A stretch of DNA of 64,000 nucleotides from Paragordius varius (GCA_964247055.1 OZ176051.1:14198001-14262000), one strand, 5' to 3'; numbered from the stretch's first letter, positions 42,001-55,107 are shown. The notes: generated from the letters alone by a model not told the origin. A program made the numbers and translations.

Positions 42001-45000
42001 ACTACGCATATTATTACTTTTTGAGATAAAGAATGGCTCTGGGATATAAAACTACCTTAAAAGGTAAAGAAGTATTACACAATCGCAAAATTAAAAAAGT
42101 GCCCTCTTTTTTATTTTTATGATCGAAGAATCAAATTTTTCTTATATTAAATATATATAAATTTTTTATAGGAAGTTGGATCGAATGTACAATCTAACGA
42201 TGGGACCGTTTCCATTACCATTTTGAGTGAGTGATAATCAGAGCTTATATAAAAAATTTAGAGTTATTCTTTATTTTGACAAATACATAATAATATCTCA
42301 TATAATTTCATTAAAATAATCTGTATGGCTTATAGTCATTACTGCGCGTTTCCCTTTTTTGGTAATATTTACAGAAATTTAAAATAAACTCTGGAATATT
42401 GTATTGTTAAATCAATAAAACTAGAATCCCTGATGTCGGTTTTATGAAAGGGAAATATTTAGGAACAATTTGTATGTATTAAAAAGCTTAAGGCGATCAG
42501 CATAATTTTGTCGCATTTGAATTTCCTATATTTTTTTAATTTGACAATCGCTGCAAAAAATTTTATACTATTATAGTTATAAATAATTATAATCGAGCAA
42601 TGCCTTGTGATATACAGCGAAATTGGTAAAATATCAGAACTTAAATCTCAAAAAACATATGGCATAATGTCATAATGTTAAAGGTCTTTATCATGCGTCG
42701 TGCCTTTTTTCAGGAGCTGTTTTATCACATGAGCTTAAGTAAACCTGAATAACAATATTGGTAAAAAATATTAAATTAAATAAACTAATAATATCCCTCA
42801 TGTTAATAAATTCATTTGTAAACTCGTACATATATCATGTGACAGATTCAAAGCCGTTAGATAATTTTATAACACAGTTTTACATCCCTCTTAACCTCAA
42901 AAAGTACCATAATGATTTTATATAAATCGATAATACAATATGCATTCTAATTACAATTGACTCTTCCTGACCTTTTGGGGTAGTTTTTAGCCTAGTGCCA
43001 TTTAAAATTCATTTATCCTAGTCTTTCGTATTTAAGCGCATGATACAAATGTGAAATTATGAAAAAATCATCTCAAAACTTTTCGCCGCCATTTTTTTCC
43101 TTAAATTGAATCTTGAATAAAACAGGCTAATCAAAAAGTATATATTGTTGGAAAAATATAAATAATAAATTTGGGAAATTTAACAGACATCCAGTAAATT
43201 TTTAAAATTTATTGAATATGGATATTTGTTTCATTATTTAAGCTATCTAAATTCGGGATTCTGTAAATCACGTAATTTACAAAATGGTTATGAAGTGGAA
43301 ACACTTTTGAAAATATATTGAGGTTTTAATCTTAAACTTATGATAATTTAAAGTTATAAAATATAGTTTATGAACAAAAACCACTTCCGCGTTCGAATAT
43401 TCCTAGTCTCTTTAGTCACAATAACCTCCCTTAATTTATATATATCGATAAAATTCAATTATATATGCTCTGTGGGGTATACTTTAAGGCATGGGTTCCC
43501 AACTTAAATGGCTTTCCGGGTCGTAAAAATTATATGGGAATTATTAAAATTTTATCAGATTTCATAAAGACTGTGAAAAATGCATTATATATAGATACTA
43601 TTCATTACACCAATTCTTTTAGTTAAGACTTCATAATGTATAACAAAATATTAATTTAACAATGATTTTGTGAGCAAATTTCGCAAATTGAATAATTCGT
43701 ATACTGGTATTTTTATCATTTTTACCGGGCCACACATACAAAACTTCAGAGGCCACATGGGCCTTGTATTGGAAACCACTGCTTTAAATTTTCCCAGATA
43801 ATCTTTTTTTAAGGATAAATAAAATAGCCAATTAATTTATATTATTATATTCAAAAACTCTAAAATTAGCTAGAGTTAATTTTTAAAAGAAAGTTTATCT
43901 AACAGGCGCACGACATTCCTCCCTATCCTTAAGTTCACTCTCAGATCATACAGATTTCTCAAGAAATAATATAATTAAAATATACTCTGTTGGTTTAAAA
44001 GCGTGGAAATGGAAGTCGTTCCAGATTCATACATTATGTGTGTGTGGATATGCCGAAATTCGAATAGCGAAAAACAATTAATCTCATTGTAATCGCTGGC
44101 CTTGAATATAAAATTCTTTGGGATTCTCAAATAAACTAATAATAATGAGAAATACGTTTTGAGAGAGTGTCATCCGACAGAATTTGAAGGTTAAATGCCT
44201 AAAACAGAACAAGGATAAAATTAATATATATATAGATATATATATATATATATATATATATAAATTATGGTAGGCAAATAGATTCAAAAAATTAGTTCTC
44301 TAATTATATTTATAAAATAAAATCACCAGCTTTCAGGCTCAAAAATAGTAATATCTGTTTTTTTAAGAATTTTTACCAAAAATTCGCTAAAACTCTTTAA
44401 TGAATTAATTTGTTTATTAACATCGAATATAAATCAAACCTTAATGCTATTTAGAGATAAAAGTAAAATGTAATTTATTATTTTTGTAATATGGGGTTTT
44501 TTAATCATTCAATATCAATTTAGCGCAACTTTTTTTTATCGAAAACATGTAAAAAATTTGGTATTTGAGTTGCGAAATTATAACCTTTTTGACTTTAATG
44601 GCAAAATATTAAGATATCTTTACTTTAAATGAGAAAATACACTTAATATGATATTTATTTCGGAATAATTTAAATAAAAATTATATTCTAAACCGAAGGG
44701 AGCTTGATGAAATAAAATGTAATAGCTAGTGTCTAAAAATAAAACGTTTTTCGACAAAACTAATTAACTACATTTATTTATAAATTACTTTGAGCTTATT
44801 TTAAATATGATATTTTCATTAGGAACGTTTTATTTGTTAAAATTTTAACAATTAAATTAAGGTATTAAAATGTCATCTTTTGATATAAAACTTTTAAGAA
44901 TTTTAGAAACCTTCTAACGGAAATTCTTGAAAAATAGTTTCTGATAAATTTTTAGTTTTTGAGCCCAATTTTTATTCCAAAAGCTGGTGAGAATTAACCA

Positions 45001-48000
45001 CATAGTTATCCCTAAATTTGGCATTAATATATAATTTAATAATTCTTATAAATTTTAATGATAGCACCTTTATTTTTTTCGTTCATGATAAAATGTTTGC
45101 AAAAAACTAAAGATATATTTTAATTTATTTTTTGTATTGTAAATTAATTATCGATCTATCAAACATCGTAATTTTCGAATTTTTTTTAATAAAAATGGTT
45201 AAATGGGATTTTTATATATTTTCGAAACTATTTATATAATCATGAATTACATCTAGAGATGAGCATTTTTTTATTATAAGAAATATTGATTTCGTTAATA
45301 AAAAACAGATTGCTACGATATTATTGGGAGAGAGGGTACCTTTGCATTCCTAGCAAATCGAGATATGAAACGCGGGGAAATATGTTCAGTTGTGGCTTTG
45401 GCTCCTTTGACAAATATTTTGGAGATAACGATCATAGAAATTAATTTGGAATGTGAAAATGCTGGAGAATTATATGTAATGTAAAGGGCACATTGTAAAA
45501 TGTGACGCGCACATGTAATCAGTTTTTTATAAATGCAACATTTTTGACATTAATGAAAATGTTTCTTGAATGTCCTTTACGTTTTATAATTGTGTTTATT
45601 AAAACAAAATATAGATTTTAGATGGCTTGGAAATGGATAACCAATTTTTTCCCCCAATTTCGGATACAAATTATGATTTAGATAATGTCAAACCATATTG
45701 TACGATGTCTATAAATAACACTAAGAATAAAAACGGAACTGCTCATAAACCGATATCAGTGTTATCGCGAGAACATGAATGGATAAGCAGTCAAAATGTG
45801 GCACATTTTCAATTCCATGCACCAAAGGAAGGCCAAGGGTTTATAATGACCGTAGCATATACCAAAAACTTACAACGTAACATATTTTTATATAAGTTGA
45901 ATATGAAACAGCAAAATTAAGTGTATGGAGATTTACTTTAGGATATATATTTGCGTAAAACAGATATATGTGTAAAAACTGTTATCCATTGTTTGTTTTA
46001 TTAACATTTTTACTTTTGGATTACAATTTAAGATTTTTTGGAAGTATGAATTTGCATTAACACTTCGATTCAAATTGGGGTATCTAAATACCCCAGACTA
46101 AATTTAAATGAATATTTTTAAAAAAATACTGAAGGAAACGGTCCAAATTTAAATTTATGCTTCTATTCTGATAAAAGTTATATAAATATGCCAAAATATC
46201 TTGATAAAATTTTGTTTTTGAAAAAAAAGTTCCATCTCAAACTATTTTGACGCCATTTTTATTTTACAAAATTTTTGCAAAATATCGTCTTTATTTAATT
46301 TTAAGAGTAAAACTAAAGCTAATTTTTTATAAAAATTACATCTAACATTGATAGAAATAGAAAAAGCGGTTTATTTTGTATTATTTTTTAATTTAACAAT
46401 TTGACACATGTCACGTTGACGAAATTTTTACCTTTCGGTTTTAGATTAAAATAAGTAATATCAAGTATTTTTGAATAAAATTTTTTATATACTTCGGTTT
46501 ATTAATGTTATATGAGTGCTAAATTTTGCCATATTTTCGATTCCTTCCATACTTTTTATAGTATTTCAATTTAAACAGGCCTGGGGTATTCTACCCCAAT
46601 TTGAATCGAAGGACTAAAATGAGTGTGTTGTATCCAAGTGTTAAGGGACTTATTCTTAGCGGTAACGGTGCTGCGGTTTTAATAAAACACCGCCAACAAA
46701 AGTTGAACCCAACCGCATCAAAACAAATTAAACGGTAGCGCGAGGATTAATTAGTCAGGCGTGATAAAGGATTAAAATTACATTTTTTATAATGTTTAAA
46801 AAAATATGTTTCTAAAAATTTTATCTTACACCGTTATAGATATTTTATATTATTTTTCATTAGTTGTTAATGAAGCAATATTAATTTTAATCATAATACA
46901 TATAAAATGCTTCACCACCTCATTACCTTTTAAGAAATTAGTGTGTGTTCGGGATATTATCCCATAGCTTAAATTTTGTATAAAATATAACACTACCAAG
47001 TGTAAGTGTTACGGGTTAAACCGAGAGACAATTATTTTATTCCAAAACTCATTTTGTTCATGTCCAACATTATTAACACACAGTTGGACTCCGCTAAAAG
47101 ACCAAATCTTATTTTTATCATTCATTAATCATGTTGAATATTGTGAAAAAGAACATTTGACACGCATTGCTTTTCTTCTTATTCTTAATGGAAAAGGTTT
47201 ATAACAAGTACCAAGTAAAGGGTATAGCGTCGGAGAAGCGTTGACGTTTTACCTTCAAGGCATTCCCTAAAAAGCTTTATCTTCGCTTGCTTGTAGAGGC
47301 ATATGGTGATGCTCTATAGATTAAAACATGTGAATCATAGTTTTAAAATTTAAAATTTGTAATTTCAACGGAAAGAAGTGGGTGTTCAAGTTTCCAGTTA
47401 AAGGATGACCCAACATAAACTCAACAGCAATAAGAAGATGCATTACACGAATCACAGAATCAGTAGATATCTACGAGCAATGGCAATCACCAATAAACTC
47501 GGGTCATATGATTGTCAAATCGAAAAAAAGGAAATCATTTTTACAATTGATTGAAGCGTATGATAAGAAATCGCTTTATTTTAGAAATCCTAAGCTTAAA
47601 AACGGTGACTTTCACCGTACCTTCTAGATGCCTCAACACAAAGGCCGATTCGCTTCCATACTTTTTGTCTAGTGAGAGTGGTGAGCCTATCGCCCACAAC
47701 TGATTAATTTGAACCATACATTAATAAAAAAACGCCAGGAAACTTTCAGAAGACCTGTCAGTGTGGTTATGATATATGTATGACAATGCTCCGTTTCAAA
47801 CCAAAACCATCAAAAGAAAAAATACCGGTTTGATGGAAACTTCTTTCGCATCCGCTGTACTCTTCTGACCTGGCGCCATCTGACTACTGCATCATTGCAT
47901 GAATGGACACGCACAAGCATGCAATAATTGACTTTGAAATATGGAACGAATAATTTGCCCATCAGTTTTTTTTGACACTGCACTCATACATTACCAAGAT

Positions 48001-51000
48001 GGGCGAAATGTATAGAAGCTGATGGAAATATTGGAATAAGATAAATAAATGATACCCTTTTAAAACTATTTTCTAAAAAACAGTTAAAAATTCATTAATA
48101 TACTGTAAAACGTATTTTCAAATATGAATATGAAGCATTAAATTATATTAGATAATTATTACAGTATATTTACTTGAAAGAAACGCCTGACCTTTTGATT
48201 TAATATCTATAATTTTACGCTAAATTTTAATAAACATTTTATAGATGATATTTAAAATTAAACCGAAAACAAAATACCCTTTAATTTTCCAAATAAGCGC
48301 ATATGAGCCGTATATCTGGGGAAAAATTTATGTACTCCAAACGGGTGTATTTAAAAATATAGTAAATGCCATATATCGGGATATGCAAAAACTTTTGAAA
48401 ACACACACCAAATATGTTGTCTTACAATTTACCTTATGCAAAGTTTATATAAAGCCTGATCTGTTTAGTAATATCTAATCTGTGATTGTTTGCTTAATTA
48501 TTGGACTACCCATTTAATTTTTAAGCAGTACAAGCGTTTTTTGCTAAATATTCAATAGATACATTAGCCTACAAATTTATACTTCTTCGAGCACAAACAC
48601 TCAAATTTTATTTATTTTAATTTCAGTGATCTAAAACAGAAAAGGGGAAAAAAATTTTGATCCCTCTAATCAGTTCAAAATATTACGGGTTTTTCAATTT
48701 TTCAAAAACAAGAGAAAATAGACAGTAAATCAAATATAACTCAGGTTATTATATTATATTTATGTCATTTAACAAAGCGTTTTACACTCTATCTATTGAA
48801 TATAAATAAGTCATTTAAATGTTAGGAAAAAAAATAGTACGGGTATAAAGATTAAAATTAGGGGTTTTTTAAGCTAATTTTAAAAATATTAAAAAAATAT
48901 TAAAAGAGGCATATTGGGTTAAAACCATCAGCCTTCAGTTGAGGTATATTTATTTCGTTAGTTTTGGTTATTTCTTGGAGTTATGAAATTTTTTCTATTC
49001 GGTTAAACTTTAAAAACAATGATATTTATGTGGCTATTATTTATTTGCAAATATCAATGGATCCGGTATATTATAAATTTCGGATAGATGTTAAGGATTG
49101 GTATTAGCCCAGACCACAAAAAGGGTACAAAGATGATTCAAAAGCAAAAAAAGAATTTTATTCAGACTAAGTATTTTAGCATTGATAGTAGCGTGATCAA
49201 GTGATTATAATGCTTTTAGTTTAACACCACAATTAACTTTTCATATATGATTGTAACCATACCGAATCACGGTAGATACTCTAAACTCTTTTTCTTTATG
49301 TTGTAAGATTAAAAGTATAAGTTATTTTTTATTAAAACATTTTTTTAATATATATCGATAACATATTTAATATATTGAATATTCCTTTATTTTATGCATT
49401 TAAAATAATTTAGAAAGCTTTACAATTTTATCTAAAATTATAATGAAATTCCTGACTGTAATATCCTTGTATCGACACTTTCGTTTGAATATTTGCATAT
49501 ATGTACAGGAGAAATAATGATTTTTTAAATTAAGCAAATAGAATAATAAAATAATCTTATTGGCGCCCTCAATTTTTTTTTGTTTTCGCCATTCCATAGC
49601 ATTAGTTAATAGAAAAAAATGGGGTTGTACAAAAACATTGTTGACTAGTGTTATTTTATTAAAAATTTCTGCTTTTAGCTTCTTAAAAACAAGGGGTTGT
49701 CGAGTTTTTCTATTTATTAAGTAATTATGTATTTTATCTATGAAATCTGTTAAATTTAACTAATAATTAAATTCATTTGCTAACTCCAAAATAACTCCAC
49801 GGAGTTGACATTGTTCCGATTATATCCTGTGTTAGTAAATGCAACACTAACTAATACCATACCTTTATACCTTTTTTTAATTTACTAATTTTTTTACATA
49901 CGCATTTAGCTTGCAATGCCATCGCTGTATCCCCCTTTGGATTTTACGATATGCGAAACTATGGACGTCAAATTAATTGCTCATTGAGTATAATCCATCC
50001 AGAAAAAATTAGGGTTAAGCAAGCAAACATTGGTGTCTTACTGGCTCCACAACATTCCGTTTCTTTTGCTTTAACAGTGGATCAACAAAATTTAGCAAAA
50101 TCATTATCAATTTCAAATGCTCAATCTATTGCTAAACGTTTTAGGGGTCATTTTTATGGATCGCCGATAGTAAATGATATAAGTTATGGTGAAGAATACA
50201 AAAGTATTTTATTAGGACAATATGCAAAACTATCCTCATTACCCATATCCTTACGTCTTAAGAGATTTTTGCGTGTTAATCCATATTTTGATTACCTACA
50301 TTCTGAATCTATAGAGAAAAAGAACAACAACAAAAAACAGGCATAATATAATATTATATTTTATATCTTGCAGATTTTTTAAATATCAACCTATAATTTA
50401 TTTATTAAAGTGTAAGCAAAATTATAATTTCAATGATGTTGTCGAATTCAAAGAAGGAAACGGAATAGATCCTTCTAAAATGGATATAACTTATGATTTG
50501 TGCGGCATATACTCTAATACAAGTATTAATAATGATTATAAGATGCTTAAATTTTTAAATAAAAATATATTTAGACTCAGAGGTGTCCGAAATCCAGCTC
50601 TTGAAATTATTTTTTAAGCTCACAGGGAATATAAAAAATATCAAATGCAAATTTAAAAAATAAAATAATGATATCTACAAAAGAATTAAATAAAAATTAA
50701 TAATAATAAAACAAAATACATGATACGTTTTTTAAGCGAAACTTAAAATGAATTGCGCTTTATTGTGTTCAAAAGGTTTATGGTCTTAAGTTTATCTAAT
50801 AAAATATTTATTCATGCCATATGGACAGACACAATCGGGAATTGTAAAAACTGATGTAATATATTTATAATAAATTATATCAGGATTATCATGGGGCTGA
50901 TGATTTTGGGCCCTACGAGTGATATAAAATATTTTTGTGGTCCATATTTGTTAGATATGGGCGTGGAATGAATTTTCCTTTAAAATGGGCAGGTTTAATG

Positions 51001-54000
51001 AAAGCGCAAAAACATGCTGATATAACGCGATTAAATAAATATATGTTGAGTTTATCCATCAAAAAACTGTTTTTACCAAAAATTTGATACTTTGCTTAAA
51101 TATTTTTTTAACAAAATTTTTGGGAAGCTACTATGGTATTTTGGAGCATGAAAACGGTATAAAAAATTCTTCATTTTATAAAATACTTTTTCCATATAAT
51201 TTAATGATGCTCAACATTACTATCACCTCAGATTTCGATTTGATTCGTCTTCAGATTTTAAATGGCCTTTTGTTAATAATGCAAATATAAATTTATCGAC
51301 AAAAATTTAATAACAAATTTGAGGTGATAGTAATGTTCAGCATAATCGATTATAAAAAAAGATTGTGCAATATGGTAGTATGTGTTTATACTGTTTCCAC
51401 TCTATTTCAAAATACTATAAACTCGCTTCACCGAAAATTTATAAAAATTTATTTTATTAATATTCGTTTTAGAAATATTTGTTAATGTCATTATTTAAAA
51501 AACGCAAAAATGCCGGGATTGCGCGATAAAATTTTAAAATATATGCTAAATTTTGACATCAAAAAATATTTTTTAAAATAACATACTTTCTACAAAAACT
51601 TTATTTTTTTGCAAAATTATGCTGAAGCGTACTTCATCCCTTTTTATGCATGATGAAAACGATATAAAAACGCTTTTAGATGTTATAAAACTTTAAATAT
51701 TTAATTTGATGATGCCAAACATTTCTATCACCTCAGATTATTATTATTCATATGTCTTCAAATTTCTGTCAAATATAAATTGTGTTTTAATATATGAGTT
51801 CACCAATAATTGAATCAAAAACCTTTAGACTTAAACTAAAGCGATGGAAATGATTGGCATCATCTAATTAAATAAAAATATTTTTACAATATCTAAATGC
51901 GTTTTTTTGCCGTTTCCATAACGATAAATATAGTACGAAGTACGCTTCAACAAAAAAATTAAATTTTTGTAAATAGTATCCATTTTTTAAATATTTTTAC
52001 TGTCAAAATTTAGCATATATCGCGCAATACCGGCATTTTTGCGTATATTTTAAAAGAAGCCCGTTGTAGAAGAGCAAAAAAGTATGGGACTTTCAGAGCC
52101 CACATCTAAAAATTAAAATATTTATAAAAATAACGTTTTACATTTTATAAGTAGTTTATGATATATTACTGGATATTTTAGAATGATTTAGATTCACCAA
52201 AAAAATTTATTACAAAAAATGTGGTAAATTTTGCCATTTCAGGTGCACTTACCACAAAATTGTAAATAACTTTCTTATATTACTCGTAAGGGCCGAAACC
52301 CAAAGCACGATGATAACCCTGATACATTATTCTATTAGAATATATATATTTCATCAAGATAATTTTTCATGACCCCGATTTTGTACACTGTGATATACAA
52401 ATAAATATTTTTATATAGCTCGTAAGGCGATATAATATATAGGAATATAAAATTTAGGCCGCATGTTGGTCACCTTTGTAAGGAATTTTTAAACCGTTTC
52501 CATTATGAAATAGTATAAAGCACGCTTCAAAAATAATTTTGCTAAAAATTAATTTTTTAAAAAAATTTGCAGTTCTTAAAAAATATTTTTAATTTCTATC
52601 AAAGTTTACCATATATTCAAATATCGGCATTTTTACTTTTATTTTAAGTGGACTTCCTCATTTGGGAAGCGCAAAAGAATTTGGGGATTTCGGGGCCTAC
52701 ATCCAAAAATAAAAACATTTTGAAAATACTGTTTTGCTTTTTATATGTAGTTTATAATATATAGCAATATTAATTGGAATGAGGTTTCTAGCTTTGACTA
52801 AAAAAATTTTTAAAAAAAAGTGCGAAGATTTTGTCATTTTCTGATATGGAGCACTTACCACAAAAGTTGAACATACTGCCGCAACACTTCGATTCAAATT
52901 GGGGTATCCTAATACCCCAGACTAAATTTGAGTTAGGTTATTTAAAAAAACTACTATAGGAAACGGCCCCAATTTAAATTTATGCTTCTATCCTAAAATA
53001 AATTTTATAAATATGCCAAAAAATTTAAATAAAATATTGTTATGAAAAAGAAGTTCCATGTCAAAATACTACGACACTATTTTTATTTTACATAATTTTT
53101 GCAAAAAATCGTCTTCATTTAATTTTAAGTGTAAAATTAAATTTAATTGTTTATTTAAATTACATCTAACATTGATATATAGAAAAAGGGTTTATTTTGT
53201 ATTATTATTTAATTTTACCATTGCACACATGCCACGTTGACTAAATTTTTACCTTTCGGTTTTAGCTTAAAATAAGTAATATCAAGTATTTTAAAATAAA
53301 TTTTTTTATGTATTTCGGTTTATTAGTGTTTTATAAGTGGAAAATTTTGCCATGGTTTTGATTCCTTCCATATTTTTTAAAGAATTTAATTTTAAACAGG
53401 CCTGGGGTGTTTAACTATTTCAATTTGAATCGAAGGACTAAAATGAATGTGTTGTATCCAAGTGTTAAATCTCTTGTAATCACCAAAACCATAAGCACCG
53501 TGATAATTCCGGTACACTTTTCTATCATATATATATTTTATCATCTTAAATTGAACACTGTGTTATTAACACTTCGGCTTTTATAATTTATATAAATCTT
53601 TATTTTCACATAAGTTGTTATCTAAATAAAGTGGCTTTAAGATATTATAAAATTTTGAAACAGTCTGAGACAAAATTAATTAATTTAACACTTTGATAAA
53701 TGTGGTATCTAAATACGCAAAATTAATATTTATAAAAAAAACTACTGAACGGTCCTCATTTATAATTATGCTTCTATCCTAATAAAAACAATATAAATAA
53801 GCCAAAATATCTAAAAATAACTTCGTAAAAAATTCATATCAAACTATTAGGACGCCATTTTTATTTTACAATTTTTTTGTAAAATATCGTGTTTATTTAA
53901 TTTAAAAGTTAAAATTAAAGCTAATATTTTATTTAAATCACATCTAATATTGATAATAGTAAAATATTTATTTGTATTATTTTCGATTCAACGCACACGT

Positions 54001-54680
54001 GTTACGTTGACTAAATTTCCTTTGGGTTTTACCTTAAAATAAGTAGTATCCAGTTTTTGAATAAAAATTTTTTATATTACGGTGTATTAATGTTAGATAA
54101 CTGAAATTTTGCCATGTTTTTGATTACTTCTATATTTTTAAAGTACTGTTTATATAACAGGCCTGGGGCATCCAATTACTCAATTTGGATCGAAAGACTA
54201 AAATGAATGTGTTGGATCCAAGTGTTAAAACCCAATAGGCTATTTAAAATTGATATAAGCACATATTAAACTTTATTATATTTTGTCGTACTGTTTGACC
54301 TTATTAAAAGGAATGTCTAAAAAAATTATATGAAATTTTTGCTCAAAAAATTTGAATTCTTTGCATTATAGGCGCATTATTGATAATAATAGGAACTTTT
54401 TTATAGGTTTTATAGCCATGTTGATTTCGGAAGATAGAAAAGAAATATGAGCTGATAATTAAAATTTAGCTAAAAATACTTCTATATCAGTAGGTTATTA
54501 AATTTAGTTTTCGCCCTCAAAATTAAATAAAAAGTATGGAAGTATTTAATCCATTGCATTTGATTTCATTTATTAGATTTGGAAGTTAAACTTAACGGAC
54601 AACATTCTGTGGTTCGAATGGTCTCGAGTGGAAAATATCAAAACTTTATTGCTTTTGATTTCGAAAAAATTTATAAATAA
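39022..54680 (+). CDS. CRHBP: Corticotropin-releasing-factor-binding protein homologue, about 436 aa; exons 39022-39201, 42172-42226, (optional 43906-43992), 45309-45475, 45615-45876, 49910-50340, 50411-50522, 54577-54680
   Basis: Family motifs appear in order: CYDIIGREGTFAF...C...ECEN, ILDG...FP...YC, SSQNVAHFQF...GQGF, NLQPCN, MRNYGRQINCSLSII, GNGIDPSKM...DLCG, VVRMVSSGKYQN. Intron phases are consistent (1311 nt). Exons 1-2 and the exon 5/6 junction (GC donor) are less certain than the core. Confidence 0.88.
39955..40160 (+). mobile_element. Penelope-like element GIY-YIG endonuclease remnant (CRHBP intron 1)
   Basis: IYKIKCQDCD (39957-39986), VRIKEHKTAVKK (about 40012-40047) and WDAEVVKK follow the Penelope GIY-YIG pattern, with frameshifts. 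Confidence 0.65.
40220..40736 (-). mobile_element. Inverted degenerate TTAA-type MITE
   Basis: Reverse complement of the 46061-46640 family (GGGGTATTTAGATACCCCAACTTGATCGAAATG near 40705-40736). Confidence 0.65.
43490..43781. mobile_element. Short hAT-like MITE
   Basis: Ends CATGGGTTCCCAA and TTGGAAACCACTG. Flanks CTTTAAGG / CTTTAAAT form a partial 8-bp TSD with central TA. Confidence 0.5.
46061..46640 (+). mobile_element. TTAA-flanked 580-bp MITE (best copy of the family)
   Basis: TTAA|CACTTCGAT...ATCCAAGTG|TTAA; short imperfect TIR; non-coding. Confidence 0.85.
47150..48050 (+). mobile_element. Degenerate mariner transposase (CRHBP intron)
   Basis: DNA(P) motif near 47780 and WKLLSHPLYSSDLAPSDY at about 47833-47886, matching the mariner HPPYSPDLAPSDY motif. 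Ends approximate. Confidence 0.85.
50829..52392. mobile_element. Foldback-like element built from nested inverted repeats
   Basis: Outer diverged IR (about 50830-50920 vs 52280-52392). Inner perfect 18-bp IR (51213-51230 vs 51320-51337). 27-bp IR with 1 mismatch (51502-51528 vs 52018-52044). Confidence 0.65.
52885..53464 (+). mobile_element. 580-bp MITE copy
   Basis: Colinear with 46061-46640. Right flank TTAA; left flank GCAA. Confidence 0.85.
53689..54224 (+). mobile_element. MITE copy, more diverged
   Basis: TTAA|CACTTTGAT ... ATCCAAGTG|TTAA; same internal blocks as 46061-46640. Confidence 0.8.
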
Positions 54681-54810
54681 TTGACTCATGTTGCCAATTT
54701 GTCAATAAATCCATTATTTATTTTTGATACACTCTGTTTGCAATTTTGAGTGAGGACTGCATGCCTTTTTAAACCAAGTTTAATACCTCGATAATTTTAG
54801 AAAGCTCCAA

Positions 54811-55107
54811 ATGGCTCCATATACTGATGATGACAACAACGATAAGCAAACAATTAAACTTGACAGTCAATCACAAAAAGCAATACTTTTAGAACAACAA
54901 AAGGCTCAATTTACAATGATGGTTCATCGATTAAACGACGTATGTTGGGATATGTGTCTTAAAGATTCAAAATTAAGTCCCAAGCAATTAGAAGGAAAAC
55001 AGAGTACCTGTTTAAATTACTGTGTTGATCGTTTTATCGATACTTCTTTGTTTATTACTCAGCGATTCGCTAACATGCTGCAGCAGACAGAAAAATCTCT
55101 TGAATGA
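54811..55107 (+). CDS. TIMM8: Mitochondrial intermembrane-space chaperone Tim8 (98 aa, intronless)
   Basis: Twin CX3C motifs (CWDMC, CLNYC), EQQKAQF...VH and CVDRFIDTS, characteristic of Tim8. Confidence 0.93.
   Translation: MAPYTDDDNNDKQTIKLDSQSQKAILLEQQKAQFTMMVHRLNDVCWDMCLKDSKLSPKQLEGKQSTCLNYCVDRFIDTSLFITQRFANMLQQTEKSLE

Noticed and set aside
44084-44287. Minus-strand 67-aa ORF and possible nested antisense gene
   Set aside because: It runs through a (TA)n tract, and every minus-strand exon chain I tried hit stops.
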